A stretch of DNA of 64,000 nucleotides from Minutocellus sp. GHC0000111 (taxonomy: Eukaryota): NCBI GenBank assembly GCA_977018835.1, contig OZ361258.1:3658001-3722000 (forward strand). Reading direction: 5' to 3'. Below the pieces are notes generated by a model. The model worked only from the letters and a program-made list of their open reading frames with translations. It was not told the origin of the DNA and searched no databases. Both the position numbers and the translations under genes were made by a program. Below, one piece after another: positions 45,006 through 56,236 of this stretch (position 1 is the stretch's first letter; each line of letters opens with the position of its first letter).

Positions 45006-48000
45006 ATGGCCGACACCGACCCCACCACTCGCACCAGCAACCGCCGCCGCAAGGCCGGCACCGCCACCCGGCACGTGGAATTCTCCGACTTACCGCCCGC
45101 CTCCCCGGTCCGTCCTCCGGCCTCCCTGTTCGATTCCGACGAGGACGACTTTGACGCCTCCGGAGCGCACGCCTCCTTGTTGGATTTGGCCGACGGCAAC
45201 GCCTCGGTGATGACGGCCCACACCGAGGTGAGCGTCAGCGCCCGGAGCTTTGCGAGCGTTGACACCGAGATGACCGAGAAGGCGGGCAATCGCACCGCCG
45301 GAGGGGGAGGGGGGTGGGCGAGGAACGTCCCCAGCCGCGTCGGTGTCAAAGGTGGAGGGGGGACGACGGTGAGCGCCGCCCAAGCCAAGAAGAATGCCGA
45401 ATTGGCCAAGCGGATCGCGGGATACGAGGAGCAGTACCACCAGCAGCGCGCGGAGAAGGGGAAGAAGCGGGGGAGGAATCGCAACCACTTGAACAGCGGC
45501 GGTGCGAATAGCAACAACAATGGCGGCGGTGCGGGCGGACAGGTGCTGCCCAATTCGGGATTTCAGGCCCGCGCGGCGCTGGCGGCCTCCCAGCAGGCTG
45601 TTGGTGCGGCTACCGGCGGCGGCAGTGCTTCCGGCAGCTCCCCGTCCAGCGGGGCCGGCGACGGGGCCCAGCCGGAGGCCAAGGTGGTGGCCGAGGTCAT
45701 GGCCGAGCTGGAGGCGGAGCTGGACGCCGAGGAGGACGAGGAGCGGGCGGCCGGCGTTGGCGTTGGGACCACGGAGCTGCGGAGGAGTCGGTCGTCGGGC
45801 GATCCCATCTTTGCCGGTGGTGGTGGTGGGACTGGTGGTAGCGGTGGCGGCGGCAGGAGAAGTCGGAGCAACAGCAACCAGCACGGCGTCAGCGGTGCGG
45901 CCACCCCGCCCACCGAACTCCGCCGGTACAAGTCGGCGGGACCGGAGGCGGGCGGAGGAGGGGCCGAACTGAGCAAACGCTCGACGGCCAGCTCGGCATC
46001 GGGCGCGTCGACCGCCGCGGTGGCCGGGTCCAATCCCAAGCTGGCCCGGAGCCGACGGAGGAGCTCGCACCTGACGAACAAGGAGGGGACCGCCGCGGCC
46101 GCGGCCGCCCGAAGACGGAGCAGCAACGCCAGCGGCGGCAGCGGCGATGGAAACGGCGGCCACAATCCCGCCGCGGCCGACGCCGCCATAACCACACCCG
46201 ACGTGGCCGACAAGGACGTCGAGGCGGCCGCGGCGCTGTTCCAGATGGGGCAGATGGAGATGACCAACGGCAACTTCGAGGCGGCGGCCCGATGCCTGGA
46301 GCAGGCCCTCATCATGAACCAAACCACGCTGGGGATGGACCATCCCATCGTCGGCGACGTCCAGCACAGCCTGGGACTCGTGCAGATCGAATATGGCAAG
46401 TACGAGACGGCCTGCATGACGCTGTGGGAGGCCCAGCGCATCCGCAAGCTCAACACGGATCTGGTGGGGGCGGCCGACTCGCTCCAGGAGATTGGCAAGG
46501 TCCATCGGCAGGGTGGACGGACGGAATTGGCCTTGGACGGGGCCCAGCCGGAGGCCAAGGTGGTGGCCGAGGTCATGGCCGAGCTGGAGGCGGAGCTGGA
46601 CGCCGAGGAGGACGAGGAGCGGGCGGCCGGCGTTGGCGTTGGGACCACGGAGCTGCGGAGGAGTCGGTCGTCGGGCGATCCCATCTTTGCCGGTGGTGGT
46701 GGTGGGACTGGTGGTAGCGGTGGCGGCGGCAGGAGAAGTCGGAGCAACAGCAACCAGCACGGCGTCAGCGGTGCGGCCACCCCGCCCACCGAACTCCGCC
46801 GGTACAAGTCGGCGGGACCGGAGGCGGGCGGAGGAGGGGCCGAACTGAGCAAACGCTCGACGGCCAGCTCGGCATCGGGCGCGTCGACCGCCGCGGTGGC
46901 CGGGTCCAATCCCAAGCTGGCCCGGAGCCGACGGAGGAGCTCGCACCTGACGAACAAGGAGGGGACCGCCGCGGCCGCGGCCGCCCGAAGACGGAGCAGC
47001 AACGCCAGCGGCGGCAGCGGCGATGGAAACGGCGGCCACAATCCCGCCGCGGCCGACGCCGCCATAACCACACCCGACGTGGCCGACAAGGACGTCGAGG
47101 CGGCCGCGGCGCTGTTCCAGATGGGGCAGATGGAGATGACCAACGGCAACTTCGAGGCGGCGGCCCGATGCCTGGAGCAGGCCCTCATCATGAACCAAAC
47201 CACGCTGGGGATGGACCATCCCATCGTCGGCGACGTCCAGCACAGCCTGGGACTCGTGCAGATCGAATATGGCAAGTACGAGACGGCCTGCATGACGCTG
47301 TGGGAGGCCCAGCGCATCCGCAAGCTCAACACGGATCTGGTGGGGGCGGCCGACTCGCTCCAGGAGATTGGCAAGGTCCATCGGCAGGGTGGACGGACGG
47401 AATTGGCCTTGGACTGCTACGGAGAATGCTTGCGGGTGCGCAGGGCGGAGCTCGGCGATGACAACTTGAAGGTGGCCGATGCCTACTGCGATCTGGGCCA
47501 CACGGAGGGTGATCTGGGACGGAACACCGATGCCCTCCAGCACTTCAAGAATGGTAAGCTTCAGATACATTGATGGTCTGCCGGTGACTTGAATTTTTCC
47601 GACTTCTATTATCCCCGCCATTCCACACGCTCACTTTTCACTTTATTTCTTCCTTTGACGCAAATATAGCCCTAACGATTCTGAAGCTGAACAGCATGAA
47701 CGAATCTGGTCTGGACAGCCGCAGTCAGTTGAAGCATGGCGACCAAATTTGCCATCTACTGCAAAAGATGAGCAAGATGGAGCTGGACTTTGGAGACGTC
47801 GATCATGCACTGGCACACCTGCAGGAGTTTGTGGAAACCCGGCGGCTTATCGGCCGAACGTCGGACGTGGCATACGTGGAGGCCTTGGTGAATGTCGGTC
47901 GGATTAGCAAGGATCACAATGGTGACGAAGGGACGGCATACGATGTGCTGGTGGAGGCGTTGGAGGTGTTCGATGCCAGTCGGCTGGGTGAGATCAACTA

Positions 48001-48136
48001 CGGCAGTCACGCCCGGCTGGGACAGGAGGCGCGCGACTTGCTCCGAGAGCTCGGCGGTAGTGCCGGCACTAGCCAGAAGTCCATCTTCAAGCGCTTCGGA
48101 GTTGGATTTGATTCCTTGTCGGATGAGATTGGATAG
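45006..48136 (+). CDS. TPR (kinesin-light-chain-like) protein with an internal 292-aa exact duplication; intron 47554-47669
   Basis: TPR motifs (LGMDHPIVGDVQHSLGLV, ELGDDNLKVADAYCDLG); a GT-AG intron joins ORFs 44847-47573 and 47696-48136 in frame. Confidence 0.85.
45660..47411 (+). repeat. Exact tandem duplication, 2 x 876 bp
   Basis: 45660-46535 equals 46536-47411 by inspection; 3-bp GAC microhomology at the junctions. Confidence 0.95.
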
Positions 48137-48304
48137 TTCTACCGGTAATGGAAGGGCAAAGCTGCAATGTGATACAGCTAAGGTATTACTTGCGAATCAA
48201 TACAAATAGACTCATAATTTCTACTTTCGCTACGGTACTTGTAGATTACCCTGAATAGATCCACATGCACATGTGCTTAAAATTCAAGCGACAGCTGGGA
48301 TTGC

Positions 48305-48649
48305 CTATTCAGCACCGCCATCATCACCTACCAACCTCAGGGCAAAGTTCTCTGCCTCTGCTTGCACGGCTATGCGCAGCAGGTACTGATCCTTGAAGTA
48401 ATTCACCTGCGAGAGATGATGCACACCGTCCGACGATTGAGCCTCGTCTGTGAAGTTGACCCAATCGATCATGACAACATTCTCAACTCCATTGCGACGG
48501 AGGATGTCTTCCATGTCTGCATTGAATGCCATAACGTTGGACTTTGCTTGGTGCGGAAACTTGCTATCCATCACTTGGGCCTGCAAACCAAGTGAATTCC
48601 AAAGCAGTGTCGTCTTGCCCATGTCTTGACAGGATCGACTAGCTAGCAT
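48305..48649 (-). pseudogene. C-terminal fragment of an SGNH/GDSL-like esterase
   Basis: IDWVNFT..AQSSDGVHH carries a DxxH motif; no upstream part of the gene is visible. Confidence 0.45.
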
Positions 48650-48838
48650 GTGACGTGTGGTGTACGTACCGGTGCGGTGGGCAGCAGCCGCAGTAGCGTT
48701 TTGAGAGAGAGGGCAGAGGGCAGTCGAGGAGAGTCGTAGTAGTTTGAGTCGAGTCTAAATCTAGGATTCCTGCGTGTTGTTACAATACACTCTTATTAGC
48801 GGCTCCTAGGATTCCTCGGTCTACGTAGCTACTAGACT

Positions 48839-50727
48839 CTAAATTCGTTGCTGGCTGTTATTGTGGTGGGTAAGTTCGGCGAGATTGACACTCGGCGTTC
48901 GCCGAATGCCCATGAGCAGGCCCGCTTTTGTCACCTCGGCCAAGGACTTGGCATCCGAGGCCAATCCATCTACACCGTGGCGACGTATCTTCTTGAACAA
49001 AAAGCTCAGACGCTCCATGGCAATCTCGAGAACTTCTGGAGTGACGCAAGCATAACAGAGGCGAAAGTGCCCTGGCTTTCTTTCGCTCATGGATTCACCT
49101 GGAGTAAGAACCACTCTTGCTGCCTGCTCAATTAATCTGGCCAGTCTCCGTTCGCCTTCCCAGCTCTGTTCTGGTAAAAGAGACGATAGATCTACATAGA
49201 CCGAAATACCGGCAGCTGCATTGACGTACGGCACCACCATTTCTTCCAGCTTTTGGACGCAAATGGCGTGGCTCCAAAGCAGTGTGGCTCGGCAATCATC
49301 GAGGAAACCGTCCAAAAAGTTATCATCGGCCAATATCTCGGCCAGTATCATTTGCATCGGATGACTTAGCCCGCTGAAAATATTCAAATTCGCCAGGGCA
49401 GCCAACAACAACGTATTCTGCGAATACAGCACGCCAACGCGGAACCCGCTGGCACCAAAATCCTTGCTGAGACCATACAGCAGATGGACGTCGTCGCCAA
49501 GCTCATTGTTGAGAATTCGGACCACGGATTCAAATCCAGTTTCCCTGGGTCTGTGCACAGAAAGTGCATAGATTTCGTCCACAATGGTGTGCACTCCCCT
49601 TCCGCGAGACCATTCCACGCATTCGTTATTGTCGTGGGTCTGTAGACAACCCCGAGCGGGTCGTTTGGGTTGGTGATCAGCAATGCTCTGACTGATAGAC
49701 CCTCCCGCTCGGCCTGCAGAGCAGCTGCCTCTAATTCCACCACCGTGGGACCAAGATGTGGATTGGCCATGTGCACCGGCCAAGGCACGGTGGCAGCCAG
49801 AGCCTGCAGATCGTTCTCGAACGAGGAGTAGTACGGCGCTGGAATCAAAATGACATCACTCGGTTGTGATAGAATGAATAGCACATGACTGAGGAGAGAT
49901 GCAACTCCAGCTCCTAGAGCGCAGTGATCGGGGTCGATCCTATCAGGATCTGGACCAGGCGATGATGGACGAGCCTGTGGGACAATTGTGTCGCTACTCC
50001 TGAAACCATCGTCATCACCATCCACCTCCTCTTGGCCATGTCTGCTTGTGTTGGACATTCTTGCGGTCGCATCCAGGTCATCATCATCACGCACAGATGA
50101 TGTAAAGTCACTACTTGCAGCCCGCCGCCTTCTCCCCTCCGCAAAGAGAAATCGCCTTTCGAGCAGGTACGCTACAGCCTCGCGTGTCGCCGGGAGGCCC
50201 AGGAACCCATTGTACCCGTACACTATGGGATTGCGGAAGGCACCGACCGCTGTGTCGGAATTCATCAGACGGTTGGCCAGCATCTCCTGCACGAGCTTGT
50301 TCTCCGCCAGACAGAGGGCGATGTGTCCCTCTGGGTTGTGCAGCGCGTCACAGGGATCCTGAAGGCAAGAGATGAACCCCGCCCAGTGGGCAGGCGTCGG
50401 CGGTAGGGCGGCTCGCTGGCCGCGTCTGCTGAGAGATTGAAGGGCCGATGCCAGCGAATTGTTTGAACTGGCAGCAGCAGCAATGACATCTCCGACGGCG
50501 TCATCGATTATTGCCAAATTATCTTCGTCGTTATCATCGGGCAGTGGGAGATATCGATGATTGTGGCGGTGATGGTTCGTGCTCGGCGTTCCGCCCTTAG
50601 CATCATGCATGTATCTTCGCCTCTTGCACCGCCGCCGGGCTAATCGGGTGTAGTAAATGCTGGTGACTGCAAAAATCCCGGCCGGCAGAGTAACAAGAGA
50701 TCCGACATGTGAAAAATATTTTACCAT
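48839..50727 (-). CDS. ACC-synthase-like class I PLP-dependent aminotransferase with N-terminal membrane anchor; frameshift at about 49625
   Basis: LCLAENKL, PAPYYSSF, ITNPNDPLG, IVDEIYA, PLP-lysine motif YGLSKDFGASGFRVG and PGHFRLCYA; two overlapping ORFs. Confidence 0.85.
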
Positions 50728-50957
50728 GCTGCCTATTCACTCTGAGCTTGATTCGATTCGATTCTACGATTCGATTCATTCGTTCAGGCGCGTCATGGTG
50801 ATGTGCCCGTATCTTTTGGTTGGCGCGGCGCGCGCGCGGCGCCGGGGCGGGGGGCGGCCGCGCGCCGGGGGGGGTCGGCTTCGCTGCTTCCTCGTGTGCC
50901 ATCACTTTCGAATTTCCCCGATACTTAAAACCAGATCGCTCAGCCTCTCACAGCAAG

Positions 50958-53593
50958 ATGAAGGTCAAGGTATCGGTGTATCACGGCCCGAGCGGCAGCG
51001 GCCGGACGGACCTCGACGTTCCCTTCGTGCCCGGCGAGACGACGGTCGGCCAGGCCCTAGAGGAGGCCGCGTCCCGGCTGGCAGCCAGCGCTGCGAAAGA
51101 GGAAAGTGGGACCGATAAGAAGGAACCGCCGATGGTTCCAAATCTTCATCTCACTTCGTTGCCTTCTCAGGTTACCGCCGTGACGGACGAGTACATCGGG
51201 CAGGATTGGATCAAGAACCGCGTCCTATCGACCCACAAGAATCACTGGATGCCGAACCAGAACTATCTGCCGGACTGCGAGTGCTACAACGGAATTCTGC
51301 GCTACCACGTCGTTCCTGCGTTGGTCGGCTCCGACGAGGAGGACAGCAGCGATGATGATGATGACTCCGCTTCCAAACCCGCCAGCAGTAGCCGTGCGGT
51401 CAGTTCGGGGACCGGCATCACAAGTGGCTGCCAGCTCCGTATGGTGAGGGATTGGTCCTTCGGAAAGATGATGAACGCCTCGCAGCGGAGCGCTGTGCTT
51501 ACCAGCCCTCTGTACGAGTACCATACTCGGGAGGTATTGGAGGTGTCAGACCTGACCAGGATCAGTAGCATTCGGGTCCCAATCGATGCCAAGGGGAGCT
51601 TGCTACGTATGGACCTGTCTTGCACCGGCAAGATTGAGTCGGTCTTTAGAGAAAAGAAGGGAAGTAGCAGCATGACGTCGATTGAGGACGTTGACATTGA
51701 CCTGCCCGAGAACACGGGGCTTGGAGGTGCGACCATTGGCGATCTCAAGGCCATCGGTGAGTGATCTCTGCATATAGTTCTCTTTAGGAATATTTCCATC
51801 TCCTTTGCACCTCGATAATCCTTTCAAGTAGCCTCATCAATCACCATCCAACGTTTCTCCCCCCCCTGTAGTTGAACAGGTGATTGATGTTGATGATCTG
51901 GACTTGGGGGATTCCGCGATCAACTTTTTATCGGCGAGTCTCCGCCAGTCGGTCACCATGGAGGACAACTGTTTCGAGCTACGTCATGTCGAGCTAGAAG
52001 GCCCTGATTTCTCTCCCAAGATCGTTACGAGGCTTGAGCTTCTTGCAGAGCAGGAGCGCCGACGAGGTTCCAACGAGAAGGAATTCATTTTCGTCAAGAC
52101 CTTGACAGGGAAGACCATTTCGCTCGAGTATTCCCCATTCTTTGACGTCAATAGGGTGAAGTTCATGATTTCTCTGATAGAAGGGATCCCCTTTGATCAA
52201 CAACGCCTCGTCTTTGCCGGCAACCAGCTTCAAGATAGCCGCCTTCTATCCGAATACAACATCTCGGCCAAGAGCACTCTGCATCTCATCCTCCGCCTTC
52301 GAGGTGGTATGTACCAAGCAACTTCCGGTCGGTACGTACAAGCCTCTATGCTGCGTTCACTCTTTTTATCAAGTCGTGTTATACCTTCGCTAATTTTGAT
52401 CTTTAAATTCTCTCTTTTGCTCATTCATTTTACTATTTTGCGGGCAATACTTTAGTGAAGATTTCCTCGAGCATTTTGGTACAAAAGATCGCCAGATCGA
52501 ACTGATCTTTGCCGATAACTCAACTGGGACCATAACTGTGAATACTACCACCAAGGTCAGGTCTATCGAAAAGAGCGCACTGGCTCTTGTCAACGACAGT
52601 GGTGCTGATGATACCGATAACGAAGAAGCCATTCTGGATAAGAGAATCTTGAGCCTCAAGGCCGAACTCGAAAAGGCCGAACAGTCCAAGAAGGCCATTC
52701 TTTCCAAGAAATTTGATCGTGAGCAGGCCCTTGTAGAGATGCTTCGCCGTGAAGATGGGCTCCGCCGATCGCCCGAGTACCAAAAGGAGATGGAGGCCGC
52801 CGAGGAATCAGCCAACACGGAGTGGATGGACGTCGTTGCCAGAATCCAGGACCGTGTGGTTGCGGAGGCCAACGACGATGACAAGCCCGAGCCCATCTAT
52901 ACAGTTGAGGAGCTCCGTGAGGCGGCATCTCGTCATCCCGACATTGCCCATTGGGCCAAATTCAATCGAGCCCGTCAGGGAGACCTGAAGGAAGGCGACG
53001 AGGCCCCTGACGTTGCAATGCGCGACCTCGACGAGTCTGAAACGACCCTCCTGGAAGGGCCTCGGAAGAAGGCCAAGGTCGAGTCCAACGAGGATGGTGA
53101 TGCCAAGGCCAAGTCGAAGCCTACCGTGGTCGCTGCTGGGTCCCTCTCGTGACCACCATTCCGCTACCTTGGGCCGGCACTGGCGGAGCTTGCATTGGCC
53201 AACAAGGGAGTGGTGGATTGGAAGTTTGTCTACATCGCCGAGGCTCATGCCCAGGATGAATGGCCTATCCGGTCGGGTCGGTTCAACCATGGCCTTGGAG
53301 CTGTGATTGTAGAGAAGCAGCCGAAGAAGGCAGCCGAGCGGTGTGAGCTCGCTCGAAAGTTTGTGGAGGATTTTATGCCAAAGGCAAAAGATGCCGGCGG
53401 TGATATATCGATGCTGGTGGATGATCCGGAGCTTGGGGATCCATTTGAGAAGCAGTATGCGCCCTGGCCGCTGCGCATCTATCTCATTCGCGATGGGGTC
53501 GTGGAGTGGATTGTTCAGCCCAAGGATTGTTCGTACGATGAGGCCGTGGTGGAGCTTTGCGGTATTCTTGGAGTATCGATCGGTGACGATTAA
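50958..53593 (+). CDS. Ubiquitin-like domain plus iodothyronine-deiodinase-like selenoprotein, about 798 aa; exons 50958-51756, 51872-52331, 52456-53593; Sec TGA at 53150-53152
   Basis: Ubl domain [11 protein letters not shown]...[16 protein letters not shown]...[12 protein letters not shown]. Deiodinase motifs [36 protein letters not shown] and [11 protein letters not shown]. Both introns are GT-AG and frame-preserving. Confidence 0.88.
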
Positions 53594-53629
53594 ACGAATG
53601 CGGTGCAAATAGAGTCTACTGGGAGGACG

Positions 53630-53690
53630 TTACTGCGTAATGATGGCACGAGGGGACATTGTATGGTTCTTCGCGCTTGAAAAAGCAATT
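53630..53690 (+). promoter_or_regulatory. Putative SECIS element
   Basis: ATGA (53640-53643) ... TGA (53678-53680) core closing an ~11-bp helix GCACGAGGGGAC/GTTCTTCGCGC; short lower stem TGC/GCA; about 40-100 nt after the true stop codon. Confidence 0.6.
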
Positions 53691-53797
53691 GGCGCCGCCT
53701 ATATAGATATCTTGTTACAATTGTAGCGGTTCAAGTTCGTTCAAGAGAGATTCTTGCTATTTATTCACTTTCCGACGTACCACCATCTTTATGTTTC

Positions 53798-54849
53798 TTA
53801 TACATCGGGAATCTGTACCTTCAAAACATAGCGCCACCGAATCAATCTATTGTCTTGTTCATGAAACCATTCCATTTCATCCTCATAATCGTATATATCC
53901 CCTTCCTCGGCCTGAGGACGAAATTGTCGCATGTCACAAACGACCAGAGTCTGCTCCTCCCGTTTCCCATCTGGAGGTTCAAGCTCCTTCAGCTCAACCA
54001 AGTGCGTTTCCTCGGTCACAAATTCCGCTTTGAGTTTGTCTACCTCGGTAAGGTGGGAAATGAGCTTCGTCCGCAGGGAGGACTTACGTGCCACTTCATC
54101 AATACACTCTTGTCCGTCTTCACCAAGACCAAAGTCTTCGGCACTCTTGCTTGAAAAATGAAAAGGGACAACCACGTCTTCTTCCTGGGTGGAGGTAAAA
54201 GTCTTGATGTAATTGAGATTGTCGGTCCACTTTGCAAAGACAAAGTACGTTGTTCTCTCGGGGTTCTTCCGCAGGTAGGCGACGAGAGCATCTCGCACAA
54301 CCTTCACCAAATTGGCTTCCTTCGGATACAGAATGGATCTCAGCATGACCGCAGCGGGGGCATCTTCTGGTACAACCAACACGCTCCAAATGTCTTGGCC
54401 CTGTGGAACAAGGCCGTAATACACTAGGAAGTGAACAGCGTCCTGCAGGTCCATTTCGTGGGGAAGCACCATCTGCTTTTCTTCAGAAGTACTGGTAGTC
54501 GCGACAGCTCTCGCATACGCCTTCTTAACAAACGGGACGAGATCTGGCGCACGATGGCAGTACTTATCCCATATCGCACGAATGTTCGGGGGGCAATCAT
54601 CTACCGAGACGGCAAACGGTGACACCGCGGTACCACGATCGGTGCTGTTCCCAACCCACCGCTCGGAGGACATGGCCGAGAGGTACGAGCTGGGCAGACT
54701 CTCGAGATGCTTCTTTGGGATGGTCAGCCGGAAGGAGGGCAGTCCTTTGCCGTTGGTGTTTGTGACGAGGAAATGCACGAGATCGTCATCGCCGCCAGCT
54801 GAAGCTGCGGCGATGCAGTAGCAGCGTCGAAGCTCGTTGCCTCCGCCAT
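53798..54849 (-). CDS. Hypothetical protein with a BTB/POZ-like N-terminal segment; frameshift at about 54815
   Basis: LESLPSSYLSAMSSERW resembles KCTD-type BTB. ATG 54849 (MAEATSFDAAT) is one base out of frame with the main ORF. Confidence 0.55.
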
Positions 54850-54999
54850 GGTTGAATGTTCCGTCAATGGCGCAATGGCGGGCCCGCCCGCCCGCCAAAT
54901 AAAAGAAACCCGGAGCAATCGGGGGAACACGCATGATGTGTCATTTTTCCAGATACGCATACGCACGCCGCTCTCGAGGAACATACGATCGTAGTAGCC

Positions 55000-56085
55000 A
55001 TGCTCCGTCTCCGCCCCCTGTTGGGGCTCCTCTGCCTCCCCGCGGCCGTCTCCGCCTTTGGCTCCTTCCAGCTGCCCAAGATGCCCTGGGACCAGCAGGG
55101 CGGTAATGCCGTCGGCGGCAACTCTCCCTTTGGCGGTGCCGCTGCACAGATGGGTGGTCTGCAGCCCGGTGATACTGTTACTGTTGTGGGTGCCAGTGGC
55201 AACGTGGGCAAGCTGGTGGCCCTCCGTCTTTCGGACACGTATAAGGTCAAGGGCGTCGTCCGCGACAGTACCAGTGTGGAATCCTTCTTCGGAGATAGAA
55301 TGGACAACGGCATTGAGCTGTACGAGGCCGATCTGCTCGAGGAGATGAAACTAACGGAATCTGGATGCCCCGACGCCCTTCGACCTGCTCTGGCCGATGC
55401 CAACGCCATTGTCATTTGCACCGGTACCACGGCCTTTCCCACCAAGGCCTGGTCGCGCAACGAGGAGAAGGAGGTCACCTTGGACGTACTGTCGGCGCTG
55501 TGGGAATCCAAATTCGATGTCCCCGAGGCGATTGCCACCCTCACAAATGCTGGACTCAACACCCCGCAAAACGTCGACGACAAGGCGAACCTGTTCCTAT
55601 ATGAGGCATGGAAAGATGCCTGCAAGGTATCGCAGAAGCGTGCCATACTTCTGAGCTCAATTTGTATTCAGCGTCGGGATCAGATGCCCTTCCCCATACT
55701 GAACGCGTGTGGGGTTCTCGATGCCAAGGCCAGCGCGGAGGCTGCACTGATCGATACAGCGGCAAAGAATGGATATGCCTACACCATTGTGCGACCTGGA
55801 CAGCTGTTTGGGGGTCCGTATGACAACAACTACTATTTGGGAACGCTCTTTCAATTGGACAAGGATGCCGCCACGCAGGATGTGCAAGTAGGACTCGGCG
55901 ATGAGCTGCTTGGTGATACATTGCGAAGTACGCTGGCGGAGGTGACGGCGCAGATCTGCGAGGGAGATTGTGCATTGAATGTCGACTTTGCTGTTGTGAA
56001 CGTCAAGGGCGAAGCTCCGAGTGTTGAGGGTATACAAGAACGACTTGGGGCATTGAATAAGGAGCCAGCAGCGGTGGCTCAATAG
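55000..56085 (+). CDS. Plastid-targeted NAD(P)-binding Rossmann protein (atypical SDR, Tic62/NmrA-like)
   Basis: Signal peptide plus VSA-FGS motif; VVGASGNVG, ICTGTTAFP, YTIVRPGQL. Confidence 0.88.
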   Translation: MLRLRPLLGLLCLPAAVSAFGSFQLPKMPWDQQGGNAVGGNSPFGGAAAQMGGLQPGDTVTVVGASGNVGKLVALRLSDTYKVKGVVRDSTSVESFFGDRMDNGIELYEADLLEEMKLTESGCPDALRPALADANAIVICTGTTAFPTKAWSRNEEKEVTLDVLSALWESKFDVPEAIATLTNAGLNTPQNVDDKANLFLYEAWKDACKVSQKRAILLSSICIQRRDQMPFPILNACGVLDAKASAEAALIDTAAKNGYAYTIVRPGQLFGGPYDNNYYLGTLFQLDKDAATQDVQVGLGDELLGDTLRSTLAEVTAQICEGDCALNVDFAVVNVKGEAPSVEGIQERLGALNKEPAAVAQ

Positions 56086-56236
56086 CAGTCAGCGAGTGGT
56101 ATGGCTTGTAAATAGATAGAAGAATTAGCTCTGACTACCCCGTGCAGCATTTTCATTAACAAATTATTGTCAAAATACTAGTAATGTAGCATTTGCAAAA
56201 TAGATTAACGTCTGCGGTCGTATGCGGTGCCTCGGG

